Notes under the pieces: model-generated
Told to the model about the DNA's origin: nothing
Seen by the model: only the letters and a program-made list of their open reading frames with translations
The model's database searches: none
Position numbers and translations under genes: made by a program
Virus record (IMG/VR): IMGVR_UViG_3300030104_004476
Coordinates: 2,409-66,408 of that record
Source of the DNA: a virus
Length of the DNA stretch: 64,000 nucleotides
Reading direction: 5' to 3' (one strand)
Shown here: positions 1 through 8,352 of the stretch, piece after piece
Position numbering within the stretch: position 1 is the first letter of the stretch
Layout of the letters: each line of letters starts with the position of its first letter

Positions 1-60
1 CGTACTAAAGCTGGCTCATACCGTCACCCATTATTTAAATGTATACGAAACTACGAGTAA
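1..60 (+). CDS. ATP-dependent DNA ligase, C-terminal fragment cut by window edge
   Basis: Reads RTKAGSYRHPLFKCIRNYE*, matching the end of 60889..61749 (RTKAGSYRHPLFKAIRDYE*). Confidence 0.9.
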   Translation, partial: RTKAGSYRHPLFKCIRNYE

Positions 61-61
61 T

Positions 62-544
62 ATGAATATATTTTATTTAGACAAAGATCCAGTTAAAGCT
101 GCTAAAGTACAGTATAACAAGCACGTAGTCAAAATGATACTTGAGTCGGCTCAGATGTTATGTACGGCTCATCATGAATTACTAGATGATCCTGATGTAC
201 CATACAAACCAGCTCATGTAAATCACCCATCAACAATATGGACTAGAAGTGATAATCATCATTACCATTGGTTATATGATCACATGCTGGCCTTAGGTGA
301 TGAGTATACTAAAAGATATGGTAAAACACATTTATCAATAATTAAATGTAAAGAAGCATTACGATTAGCACCTGTTAATATACCACATGTAGAGTTTAAA
401 CAACCTCCGCAGTGTATGCCAGATGAATATAAAGATAAATGTAGTATACAAGCTTATTGGAATTATTATATAGGTGAAAAACACATAGTAGTAAATAAAA
501 ACAAAGAAAAATTATATGAACAAAGACCTAAAGAAACGTATTAA
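62..544 (+). CDS. Pyrimidine dimer DNA glycosylase / DenV-like family protein
   Basis: MNIFYLD..P...A....KHVVKMILESAQML and H.NHPSTIW motifs typical of this phage family. Confidence 0.75.
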   Translation: MNIFYLDKDPVKAAKVQYNKHVVKMILESAQMLCTAHHELLDDPDVPYKPAHVNHPSTIWTRSDNHHYHWLYDHMLALGDEYTKRYGKTHLSIIKCKEALRLAPVNIPHVEFKQPPQCMPDEYKDKCSIQAYWNYYIGEKHIVVNKNKEKLYEQRPKETY

Positions 545-659
545 AAAGTTTAATAATATAAAATATGTTAAAGATAATTCTAAAAGAATTATTATTGCAA
601 CATTAAGTGTTAATTCAGGTAGAGTATGGAGCGTGACAACAGCCCCTAAGAATAAATAG
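516..659 (+). CDS. Small basic hypothetical protein (47 aa), not in ORF track
   Basis: MNKDLKKRIKKFNNIKYVKDNSKRIIIATL...VTTAPKNK is conserved with 61742..61873. Confidence 0.65.
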   Translation: MNKDLKKRIKKFNNIKYVKDNSKRIIIATLSVNSGRVWSVTTAPKNK

Positions 660-676
660 TAACAGGCTTATGTCAT
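633..676. promoter_or_regulatory. ~45-bp palindromic operator/origin-like element, copy A, overlapping ATG of the HTH gene
   Basis: GTGACAacAGCC...GGCTtaTGTCAT; related copies at 56414, 56941 and 61847. Confidence 0.7.
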
Positions 677-1290
677 ACGAAAGAAACCTAAAATACCTAA
701 ATAATAATAGGATTACTTATAGGCGTTTACCTATAACTGATAAACCTACAATAGATACCAAAGAATACATGTTTTACGAAAACGGTACGCATGAGTGCTA
801 TGAGTTATTCCGTTCGTCAGCAAAAATAACTACATATAAGTCTCTAAAATGGCACTTACTTGTTCTTTGGTATCTTAACCCTCAACTTGATCCTGATGAC
901 TTTAATAAGTTAGCAGAGGTTATATCTCATAAACCAAATGGTTTTGTAAGTTTTGAGTTGTCAGATAGAATATTAGATAAGATTATATATGGAGTTAGCA
1001 TGGCTGATTTAGAGCGTCCACCAAAAAATAAATTACGTAAAGTTATATTTAAACCTTTTACTGGATTAACTAAAGAACAAAAATTATCTATCGTAGGATC
1101 ATTAATAGGTGTAACAAATAAGATACATTCAGACGACATATATCAATGTATGATAGATACACATGACATAAATAAAAAGATTACAATAAAACGGCTCTCT
1201 GAGCTTCTTAACGTATCACAACGAACTATACATAGACACATGTGTGAAGATTTAAAAAGAGAAAAAGAATTATTAAACCAACAATTATGA
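670..1290 (+). CDS. C-terminal HTH DNA-binding protein (possible replication initiator or repressor)
   Basis: ITIKRLSELLNVSQRTIHRH helix-turn-helix; central helical part loosely PriCT-like. Confidence 0.6.
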   Translation: MSYERNLKYLNNNRITYRRLPITDKPTIDTKEYMFYENGTHECYELFRSSAKITTYKSLKWHLLVLWYLNPQLDPDDFNKLAEVISHKPNGFVSFELSDRILDKIIYGVSMADLERPPKNKLRKVIFKPFTGLTKEQKLSIVGSLIGVTNKIHSDDIYQCMIDTHDINKKITIKRLSELLNVSQRTIHRHMCEDLKREKELLNQQL

Positions 1291-2039
1291 AAAAATATAA
1301 CTCAAACAATTTCAGTAGATATAAAGTAGATGTTAAATCTTCTCAACCAACTAGTAAACATTATAGTGAATATACTAGAGATGAAATGGTTGCAAGGTTT
1401 TTACCATTAGTTGAAAATATTGCGCGTAAATTTAATAAAAGTGAATCATCAAGTGGTATATTATCTTTATCAGATATGATACAGTTTGGAAATATAGGTT
1501 TAGTAAAAGCTGTTGATAAAATAGATTGGTTGAAATTAGGTCAATCAAACGATATCGAAAAAACACTAAAGTCATTTTTATCTAAACGTATTCGTGGAGC
1601 TATTCGTCGTGCTACAGATGCTAATCGTTCTGGTATGAGATTACCTGAGCATAAGCTTAACGAAATACGTAATGACTTTGAAAATCCTAATAATTCAGAA
1701 ATGTTTTTTAACTCAATGTTTCAAAGTATTGATTCAGGAGTAAACAACGATGAAAATCACGTGTATCAAATAGAAGATACATCAGGAGATCCAATGAAAA
1801 AAGAACACTTAGCTTATAAACTTCGTGACGTTATGTTACAATACTTAAATGATAAAGAATATAATGTTCTTTGCTTAAGCTTTGGTTTAAACTGTGATAA
1901 GCTTTCTGCTAAACAGATCGCAGAAAAATTAGATATGAAAGGTAGTAGTTCTTATGTTCGTGTTTCACAGTTAAAAAAGCAGGCAATTGACAAATTAAAA
2001 AAGGTAATGGACTACTCGCAAGTAGTTGATTACCTGTAA
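1287..2039 (+). CDS. RNA polymerase sigma-70 family factor
   Basis: Region 2 (LVENIARKF...DMIQFGNIGLVKAVDK...RIRGAI) and region 4 HTH (SAKQIAEKL...RVSQLKKQAIDKLK). Confidence 0.92.
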   Translation: MKKYNSNNFSRYKVDVKSSQPTSKHYSEYTRDEMVARFLPLVENIARKFNKSESSSGILSLSDMIQFGNIGLVKAVDKIDWLKLGQSNDIEKTLKSFLSKRIRGAIRRATDANRSGMRLPEHKLNEIRNDFENPNNSEMFFNSMFQSIDSGVNNDENHVYQIEDTSGDPMKKEHLAYKLRDVMLQYLNDKEYNVLCLSFGLNCDKLSAKQIAEKLDMKGSSSYVRVSQLKKQAIDKLKKVMDYSQVVDYL

Positions 2040-2058
2040 GTTATACAAGTAAAATAAA

Positions 2059-2083
2059 TTAAATTATTAATTTCTTATGTAAT
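2059..2083 (+). promoter_or_regulatory. Class-2 (middle/late) promoter-like motif KTAAA-N14-TGTAAT
   Basis: TTAAA-N14-TGTAAT upstream of ERF gene; same spacing at 63263, 18040, 28287. Confidence 0.55.
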
Positions 2084-2110
2084 TATATATAAGAACAAAC
2101 CATATACCAA

Positions 2111-2653
2111 ATGAAAGATTTAACCAAAAAATTAGCTGACATTCAAACTAAGCTAAAAGCAAAAAAATCTTCGTATAATTCTTTTGGAAAGTACTACTTC
2201 CGTAAAGCCGAAGATATTCTTGAAGGTGTAAAACCTTTTTTATTACAACACAATGTTTATGTAACAACAACTGAAGAAATTGTTGGTATTGAACCTGTAC
2301 CAATGATGAAGACTACTGCTACTATTAGTGACGGCGAAAATGCTATACACGCCACAGCTATAGTGGGAGTTGACCTTGGTCAAAAAGGCATGCAGACGTC
2401 TCAACAGTTTGGGGCAGCATCTACCTATGGTAAAAAATATGCTCTTGGTAATTTATTTCTTATCGATGATACTGAAGATGCTGACGCTACCAACAACCAC
2501 GGTAAAGCTCAACAAGTTACAGTTAAGAAAAAAGCTAAGATAACTAAAGAGCAAATGGATAAAGCTGTTGAGTTCGTAAAAGGTGGAGGATCAGTTGAAG
2601 CTATTAAAAAGAAATACGAATTAACATCAGCGCAAATTAAACAACTAGCGTAA
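2111..2653 (+). CDS. ERF-family single-strand annealing protein
   Basis: NSFGKYYFRKAEDILEGVKP and QQFGAASTYGKKYALGNLFLIDDTEDAD motifs. Confidence 0.9.
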   Translation: MKDLTKKLADIQTKLKAKKSSYNSFGKYYFRKAEDILEGVKPFLLQHNVYVTTTEEIVGIEPVPMMKTTATISDGENAIHATAIVGVDLGQKGMQTSQQFGAASTYGKKYALGNLFLIDDTEDADATNNHGKAQQVTVKKKAKITKEQMDKAVEFVKGGGSVEAIKKKYELTSAQIKQLA

Positions 2654-3387
2654 TGACGAAAGAAATTTATCATAGATTAAAAAACGACAAAGACTACTAC
2701 GGTGAGTTTGGTCAACAGTTTTTAAGCAATTCGGATATATCGACACTATTGAAAAATCCTAAAGACTTGCACAAACCAAGACCTAATAGTCCAGCGTTTT
2801 TAATTGGCGGTTATTTTCATACCGCAATACTTGAACCTCAAAAACTTAAAAGTTTTAAGATCGTTGAAGCTACAACTCGTAATACTAAGGCGTACAAAGA
2901 AATATCTGAAGGCGAAATGTGTTTACTTAAACACGAAGTTGACAAGGTAGAATTAATGACGCAGGTTATTATGGACAATGATGTTTGTAAAGATCTTATT
3001 CAACCGGTACTAGGTCAAGTAGAATATGAAGAGCCACGTGTTGGTAAAATCCACGGTCAAATGTGGAAAGGTAAAGCAGATATAATTAACCATGAAGAAA
3101 AACTTGTTATTGATCTAAAAACCACTGGTGATATAGATAGATTTCAATGGTCAGCTTCAAAGTATAATTATGATAGTCAAGCTTTCATATACTCAACCTT
3201 ATTTGGATACGAAATGCTATTCGTTGTAATCGACAAGGAGACGCATCAAATAGGTTTATTCGATTGTTCACCAGAGTTTTATAAACGTGGTGAAGAAAAA
3301 GTACGTAAAGCTTGTGATGCGTACGAGTTATTCTATCAAACAGAAGACTTTGACTACAAGCAACATTTATTAACTAAAACCCTTTAA
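2653..3387 (+). CDS. PD-(D/E)xK exonuclease (RecE/exonuclease VIII-like)
   Basis: LSNSDI, G..FHTAILEP, KGKAD...IDLKTT, Y..QAFIY; adjacent to ERF. Confidence 0.85.
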   Translation: MTKEIYHRLKNDKDYYGEFGQQFLSNSDISTLLKNPKDLHKPRPNSPAFLIGGYFHTAILEPQKLKSFKIVEATTRNTKAYKEISEGEMCLLKHEVDKVELMTQVIMDNDVCKDLIQPVLGQVEYEEPRVGKIHGQMWKGKADIINHEEKLVIDLKTTGDIDRFQWSASKYNYDSQAFIYSTLFGYEMLFVVIDKETHQIGLFDCSPEFYKRGEEKVRKACDAYELFYQTEDFDYKQHLLTKTL

Positions 3388-3398
3388 ACCAAAAAATT

Positions 3399-3590
3399 AT
3401 GGGAAGATCAAAAATGAAGACCTGTGGAATATCAGGCAAAAAATTCAAAGCTAACAGTGATAACTTTTATGCATCAAGTACTTCTACTGATGGTTTTCAT
3501 AATTATCACAAAAGCTTTGACAACTTCAGACGCACTACAGGTGCTACTGTAAATCAATGTAGAAACTTAGTTAACCTAATTAATTCCTAA
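3399..3590 (+). CDS. Hypothetical protein
   Basis: In-operon ORF with A-rich leader. Confidence 0.65.
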   Translation: MGRSKMKTCGISGKKFKANSDNFYASSTSTDGFHNYHKSFDNFRRTTGATVNQCRNLVNLINS

Positions 3591-3593
3591 TTT

Positions 3594-3905
3594 ATGGCGA
3601 GTATTATTAAAACAAGTATTAACCTTAATGAAATACCAAAAGATAAAATCTTTGTTGGTAAAAAAGGTAAATACTTACCGATTACAATTACACTAAATGA
3701 TGAACCGGATCAGTTCGGTAATCAAGGTCCTGTAGTTGTAGAGCAGACGAAAGAAGAGAGAGAAGCTAAGACTCCTAAAACATATCTTGGCAATGTAAAA
3801 GTTGTATGGACTAACGGTACAAACGTTGACACAGCTCCTAGAGACGGTCAACCAGCTGCTCCAGCTCCAGCATCTCAACAAGTAGAAGAAGACTTACCAT
3901 TCTAG
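3594..3905 (+). CDS. Probable single-stranded DNA-binding protein
   Basis: GKKGKYL, YLGN motifs and acidic EEDLPF C-terminal tip. Confidence 0.75.
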   Translation: MASIIKTSINLNEIPKDKIFVGKKGKYLPITITLNDEPDQFGNQGPVVVEQTKEEREAKTPKTYLGNVKVVWTNGTNVDTAPRDGQPAAPAPASQQVEEDLPF

Positions 3906-3906
3906 T

Positions 3907-5619
3907 ATGAACGTACAAGACAGAGAGATCAATGGATTTGCGATTGACCAATTCAATCAGCATGACCTAGAAGTTGGGAAGACGCAGGGGACTTGTCCTC
4001 TGTGTTCCCACACTAGGAAGCCCGAAAATAAGAAAGCTAAATGTGCTTCTTATGACTGGGAACGTGGTCTAGGCACCTGTCATAATTGTGATACTAGCTT
4101 TCAACTTCATACGTACCAACGTAAAGGCGCTAGTGAAAAGATTTACGCTCGACCACAAGTTGAGTTTAATCCTACTAGCACAAAAGTTGAAGAGTGGTTT
4201 GAACAACGCGGCATAACAAAACAAACTCTGACCGACCTACGTGTAGGTGAAGGTCAGGAGTTTATGCCTCAAACAGGTAAGTCAGAGAATACCATTCAGT
4301 TTAATTACTACATGGGTGATCAATTGATCAACATTAAATACCGTGATGGTCGTAAACATTTTAAGCTTTATAAAGGGGCTGAAAAAGTATTTTACAATAT
4401 CAATAGTATTGTTGGTTATGATGCTTGTGTCATAGTTGAAGGTGAGATGGACGTGCTTGCAATGCACGAAGCGGGAATTAAAAACGTAATATCAGTACCT
4501 AATGGTGCTACGTTAAATTCAAACAACCTCGATTATTTAGATAATTGCATAGACTATTTTGATGACAAAGAAAAGATTATATTAGCAGTTGATGCTGATG
4601 AAGCTGGACAAGCACTACGACAAGAGTTTATTCGCCGTCTTGGTGCTGAGGTTTGTTATCTAGTCGATTTCGATGATTGTAAAGACGCAAACGATTATTT
4701 AGTTAAGTATGGAGCTGAAAAGCTTAGATATGTTATTGATAACGTCAGACCTGTACCTCTTGAAGGCGTGTCTACATTAAGAGATATTGAAGATGAACTT
4801 AAAGACTTTGTTAAAAATGGTTTCAAGCCAGGATTTCAGATTGGCCTTAAAAACTTTGATAAAATATTTAGTACATACACTGGTCAGTTTATTACTGTTA
4901 CTGGTGTGCCTAGTAGTGGTAAGTCTGACTTTGTTGATCAAATGGTTGTGGGCTACAATCAATTATATGGCTGGAAAACTGCATACGCAAGTCCAGAAAA
5001 TCAACCAGTATATCTCCACGCACACAAGTTAATGCGTAAGCATTGGCAAGATATGCCTGTAGTAGGAGATATTGGTGGTAATAAATGGGAACAAGTTACC
5101 GAACACGTTAATGACAACTATTTCTTTATTGATATGGATAAATACAATTTAGAAGCAGTACTACGTAAAGGAGCTGAGCTTGTTAAGCGTAAAGGTATTA
5201 AATGTTTAGTTCTTGATCCATTTAATAAGATTAGAGACGTTAACGCAGCGTCAGACGATGTTAACCGTTATACGATGGATTATTTAGCTAAGATTGAAGC
5301 TTTTTGTAAAAAGTATGATGTATTAACTTTCATTGTGGCACACCCAACCAAAATGTACAAAGGCCAAGACGGTAAAATGGAAGAGCCAACGATGTACAAT
5401 ATCAAAGGTGGTGGTGAATGGTATGACGCTAGTTATCACGGTTTGTTAGTTCACAGAGACTATGAAGCTAAAACAACTAAGGTTAAAGTACTTAAAGTTA
5501 AGTTTCAAAATCTCGGTGAAAACGGCGCTGAGTCACACTTTACTTGGGAACCTCGTTCAGGAAGCTTTATACCCCTAGCCAGTGTTGAAGCTGAAGCTGA
5601 ACCAATGCCTTGGGAATAA
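3907..5619 (+). CDS. T7 gp4/Twinkle-like primase-helicase
   Basis: N-terminal Zn finger CPLC...CHNC, TOPRIM (EGEMD, DADEAG, KDAND), Walker A GVPSSGKS. Confidence 0.95.
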   Translation: MNVQDREINGFAIDQFNQHDLEVGKTQGTCPLCSHTRKPENKKAKCASYDWERGLGTCHNCDTSFQLHTYQRKGASEKIYARPQVEFNPTSTKVEEWFEQRGITKQTLTDLRVGEGQEFMPQTGKSENTIQFNYYMGDQLINIKYRDGRKHFKLYKGAEKVFYNINSIVGYDACVIVEGEMDVLAMHEAGIKNVISVPNGATLNSNNLDYLDNCIDYFDDKEKIILAVDADEAGQALRQEFIRRLGAEVCYLVDFDDCKDANDYLVKYGAEKLRYVIDNVRPVPLEGVSTLRDIEDELKDFVKNGFKPGFQIGLKNFDKIFSTYTGQFITVTGVPSSGKSDFVDQMVVGYNQLYGWKTAYASPENQPVYLHAHKLMRKHWQDMPVVGDIGGNKWEQVTEHVNDNYFFIDMDKYNLEAVLRKGAELVKRKGIKCLVLDPFNKIRDVNAASDDVNRYTMDYLAKIEAFCKKYDVLTFIVAHPTKMYKGQDGKMEEPTMYNIKGGGEWYDASYHGLLVHRDYEAKTTKVKVLKVKFQNLGENGAESHFTWEPRSGSFIPLASVEAEAEPMPWE

Positions 5620-5891
5620 TGGCTTATGCTAAGCGTAAACCTTTCAAACCTGGTTATTACGACTGGACAAAAAAAGATTACAAGATAATTTCATGGTGTA
5701 TAAACAACAGTATAGCTTGTTGTGTTGTGCCAGCTCAAACCTTTAAAAAAGGTAAGGGTGATTTTCAAGTAGAAATAATTATTAATGGTAAATCTAATTT
5801 AAGTCCATGTTTTATAAAAGACGAGGTATTAGTAAAACAAATGGAATATTATAAATATTATTATGACAAATACAATAAAAATACTAAATAA
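5619..5891 (+). CDS. Hypothetical protein
   Basis: Start overlaps helicase stop (TAATG coupling). Confidence 0.65.
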   Translation: MAYAKRKPFKPGYYDWTKKDYKIISWCINNSIACCVVPAQTFKKGKGDFQVEIIINGKSNLSPCFIKDEVLVKQMEYYKYYYDKYNKNTK

Positions 5892-6000
5892 CAAAAGTAT
5901 TATGCTTACTAGAAATGGTAAAACGTATATACTTGGTGAGATTAAAAATCCTAATACGGTAAAAGTATGGTATACGATAAATGGAAAACATTATGCGTAA
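5863..6000 (+). CDS. Small hypothetical protein (45 aa), not in ORF track
   Basis: MTNTIKILNNKSIMLTRNGKTYILGEIK... fills the gap and overlaps the ATG at 5993. Confidence 0.5.
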   Translation: MTNTIKILNNKSIMLTRNGKTYILGEIKNPNTVKVWYTINGKHYA

Positions 6001-6670
6001 TTCGTTTGAAAATGCTAATGCTGCCTTTCATGATTTATATTGGCGCATTGTTCGCGACGGTATTGATTTTGCTGGAACTAAAGCTTTATTTAACGTAGGT
6101 TTTGAAATACAAAACCCTAGTTATTCTAAAATAGAAGATAGCAAAGTTAAACGTAAATGGTCACAAGAATACGCTGAAGCTGAATGGCAATGGTATTTAT
6201 CTGGAGATCGTAATATAGCTAAACTTGGTGAGTTATATGGTAAAGTTCCTGAAATATGGAAGCGTATGGCTGACTGTAATGGTGATGTTAATTCTAACTA
6301 CGGTTGGCAATGGCAAAGACAAAACCAAATAGGTTATGTTATAAGTATGTTAGAGAAAAATCCAGATACTAGACAAGCTGCTATTAGTATATATGATTGC
6401 AAAGAGTGGAGTAAATATACAAACGATACCCCATGTACATACGCTGTACAGTTTACGGTTGTAGATAACAAGCTTAATATGTGTGTTGTAATGCGTTCTA
6501 ATGATCTCTGGTATGGTTTCTGTAACGATCAATATCAGTTTTCAAATCTGCAAATGTTAGTTGCAGAGGGAGCCGGATATGAACTTGGTACTTACTACCA
6601 TTTTGCTCACAATTTACATTTATATAATGATAAATTACCAGAGCAAAAAGAAATGATGTATCACTTATGA
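5981..6670 (+). CDS. Thymidylate synthase-family protein, dCMP hydroxymethylase-like (start may be 5993)
   Basis: NSNYGW, PCT catalytic Cys, MRSNDLWYGFCND, HNLHLY. Confidence 0.85.
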   Translation: MENIMRNSFENANAAFHDLYWRIVRDGIDFAGTKALFNVGFEIQNPSYSKIEDSKVKRKWSQEYAEAEWQWYLSGDRNIAKLGELYGKVPEIWKRMADCNGDVNSNYGWQWQRQNQIGYVISMLEKNPDTRQAAISIYDCKEWSKYTNDTPCTYAVQFTVVDNKLNMCVVMRSNDLWYGFCNDQYQFSNLQMLVAEGAGYELGTYYHFAHNLHLYNDKLPEQKEMMYHL

Positions 6671-7470
6671 CATACTGTATATACCACATACCCGGTGTTA
6701 AAATCGGAGTAACAAATAATGTTAAAAGTAGAGTTGAAGAGCAGCAGGGTTATAGTGAAGGCGAATACGAGATACTAGAAATGTCTGACGATATAGAATA
6801 TATATCTAAGCAAGAGTTATTTCTTCAAGCACACTATGGTTACAAGGTTGATCGACAACTATACAAAGATTTATTTAATAACAATTTTATAGAATTAAAA
6901 AATATGGATATAAACGTAACTGAAATGACCTCGACATTCCCATGTCCGGTCAACAAACTAAAGGGCAGGCTTATGGATAACGTAGGTATGTCATGGAAGA
7001 CGGGCGCTGGTCACGTAACGATCACAAAAGAATCTATCAAATGGATTATGAGTAATGCTAAGCCATCACAATACACACAAGACAGGTGTTATGTGTATAA
7101 CAAAGCTTTTGCTAGATGGTTTGATAATAATAAAGTTGATACATCTTGCGATACGCAGTGTGATGATTGTGGTGACGATATATTTAACTGTATTAGAGAG
7201 TGGGCTAAAGAAAGAGGTTTGTATGAAAAAGGTGATACAAAAACTCAGTACATTAAGTTAATGGAAGAGACTGGCGAGATCGGTAGAGCTATACTTAAAA
7301 ATGATACAGAACAAATCATTGATGGTATTGGCGATGCTGTAGTTGTATTAACTAACTTAGCAGAACTTGTAGGTGTACCTATCGAAGAGTGTATACAAGA
7401 AGCTTACAACGTTATTAGTAAGCGTAAAGGTAAAATGATTAATGGAACATTTGTAAAAGATAACCAATGA
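6667..7470 (+). CDS. Fusion of N-terminal GIY-YIG-like domain and C-terminal MazG-like NTP pyrophosphohydrolase
   Basis: YCIYHI..KIGVT...RVEEQ; WAKERGL...KLMEETGE...DGIGD..VVL. Confidence 0.75.
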   Translation: MTYCIYHIPGVKIGVTNNVKSRVEEQQGYSEGEYEILEMSDDIEYISKQELFLQAHYGYKVDRQLYKDLFNNNFIELKNMDINVTEMTSTFPCPVNKLKGRLMDNVGMSWKTGAGHVTITKESIKWIMSNAKPSQYTQDRCYVYNKAFARWFDNNKVDTSCDTQCDDCGDDIFNCIREWAKERGLYEKGDTKTQYIKLMEETGEIGRAILKNDTEQIIDGIGDAVVVLTNLAELVGVPIEECIQEAYNVISKRKGKMINGTFVKDNQ

Positions 7471-7778
7471 GTAGTAGAGAAATTAGCGCAGCAAAATCAG
7501 GGATTGCAGTATCAAAAAGATTTGACTTTCGCGACCCTGTAGTTTACCACGTTTGTGAAGAGTTTGTTAAACGATCAGATTTAGGTTTTGAAAAGTATGG
7601 CCAAACGCTACATCACGAACGTACAACTGGTATTAAAGACTTACATGGATATTTAAAAGATATTCAAGAAGAGCTTATGGATGCGATATTGTATATACAA
7701 ACTGCACGTGAAGAGCTACGTGATTTATCTGAAGAAGCTTTAATACAAAAGTTTAACGACGATGAAGAAGCGTTTTAA
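7467..7778 (+). CDS. All-alpha NTP pyrophosphatase-like phage protein
   Basis: RS..G.EKYG and QEELMDAILY motifs. Confidence 0.55.
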   Translation: MSSREISAAKSGIAVSKRFDFRDPVVYHVCEEFVKRSDLGFEKYGQTLHHERTTGIKDLHGYLKDIQEELMDAILYIQTAREELRDLSEEALIQKFNDDEEAF

Positions 7779-8220
7779 ACGTAAACGAGGTCCAGTCAGA
7801 GCTAAAAAGGTTACGTACGATGGTATAACCTTTGCTTCTGGCCTTGAGAAATATATGTACATTGCTCTTCAAAAAGCTAAAATAAAAACAGCTTACGAAG
7901 GTATGACATACGAGATATTTCCAGGGTTTATGTTTGATAACGAAAGTTACGAACGTCAAGCAAATGGCAAAGGCGATCTTGTTAACAGAGGAGGTAAAAA
8001 AATCCTTGGTATTAAGTATACTCCTGATTTTATTGGGCTTACAGATAATGTTATTATTGAGTGTAAAGGTCGTGCAAATGATACGTTTCCGATGCGTTGG
8101 AAATTGTTTAAAAAATACGTTAAAGACAATATTCCCCATGTAACTTTATATAAACCTCAAAATCAAAAGGAGTGCGACAAAGTAGTAGAATTAATCTTAA
8201 AAAAACGAAATGAAAGATAA
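7762..8220 (+). CDS. Endonuclease I-like Holliday junction resolvase (T7 gp3-like)
   Basis: FASGLE, YTPDF, IIECKG. Confidence 0.8.
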   Translation: MKKRFKRKRGPVRAKKVTYDGITFASGLEKYMYIALQKAKIKTAYEGMTYEIFPGFMFDNESYERQANGKGDLVNRGGKKILGIKYTPDFIGLTDNVIIECKGRANDTFPMRWKLFKKYVKDNIPHVTLYKPQNQKECDKVVELILKKRNER

Positions 8221-8350
8221 TTGGAATTTAAGCTTTGGAACATTTCCAGGGTTATTGTTTGGCATGAGAACATACAAAGAAGAATCTAAGGACAATCATG
8301 TAATATATTTAGGTTTCTTAGATATTTGTTTAACTATTTATAAATACTAA
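8210..8350 (+). CDS. Small hypothetical protein (46 aa), not in ORF track
   Basis: MKDNWNLSFGTFPGLLFGMRTY... fills the gap between endonuclease and RNR. Confidence 0.6.
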   Translation: MKDNWNLSFGTFPGLLFGMRTYKEESKDNHVIYLGFLDICLTIYKY

Positions 8351-8352
8351 TA

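Larger units (their letters stand above)
1..2795 (+). repeat. Diverged direct repeat, copy 1 (ligase 3' end to exonuclease 5' part)
   Basis: Gene-for-gene homologous to 61690-64000 (offset 61214 then 61205 for the shared genes) with many substitutions. Confidence 0.95.

Noticed and set aside
1-2795. Direct terminal repeat of the virion DNA
   Set aside because: The two copies are clearly diverged and differ in gene content
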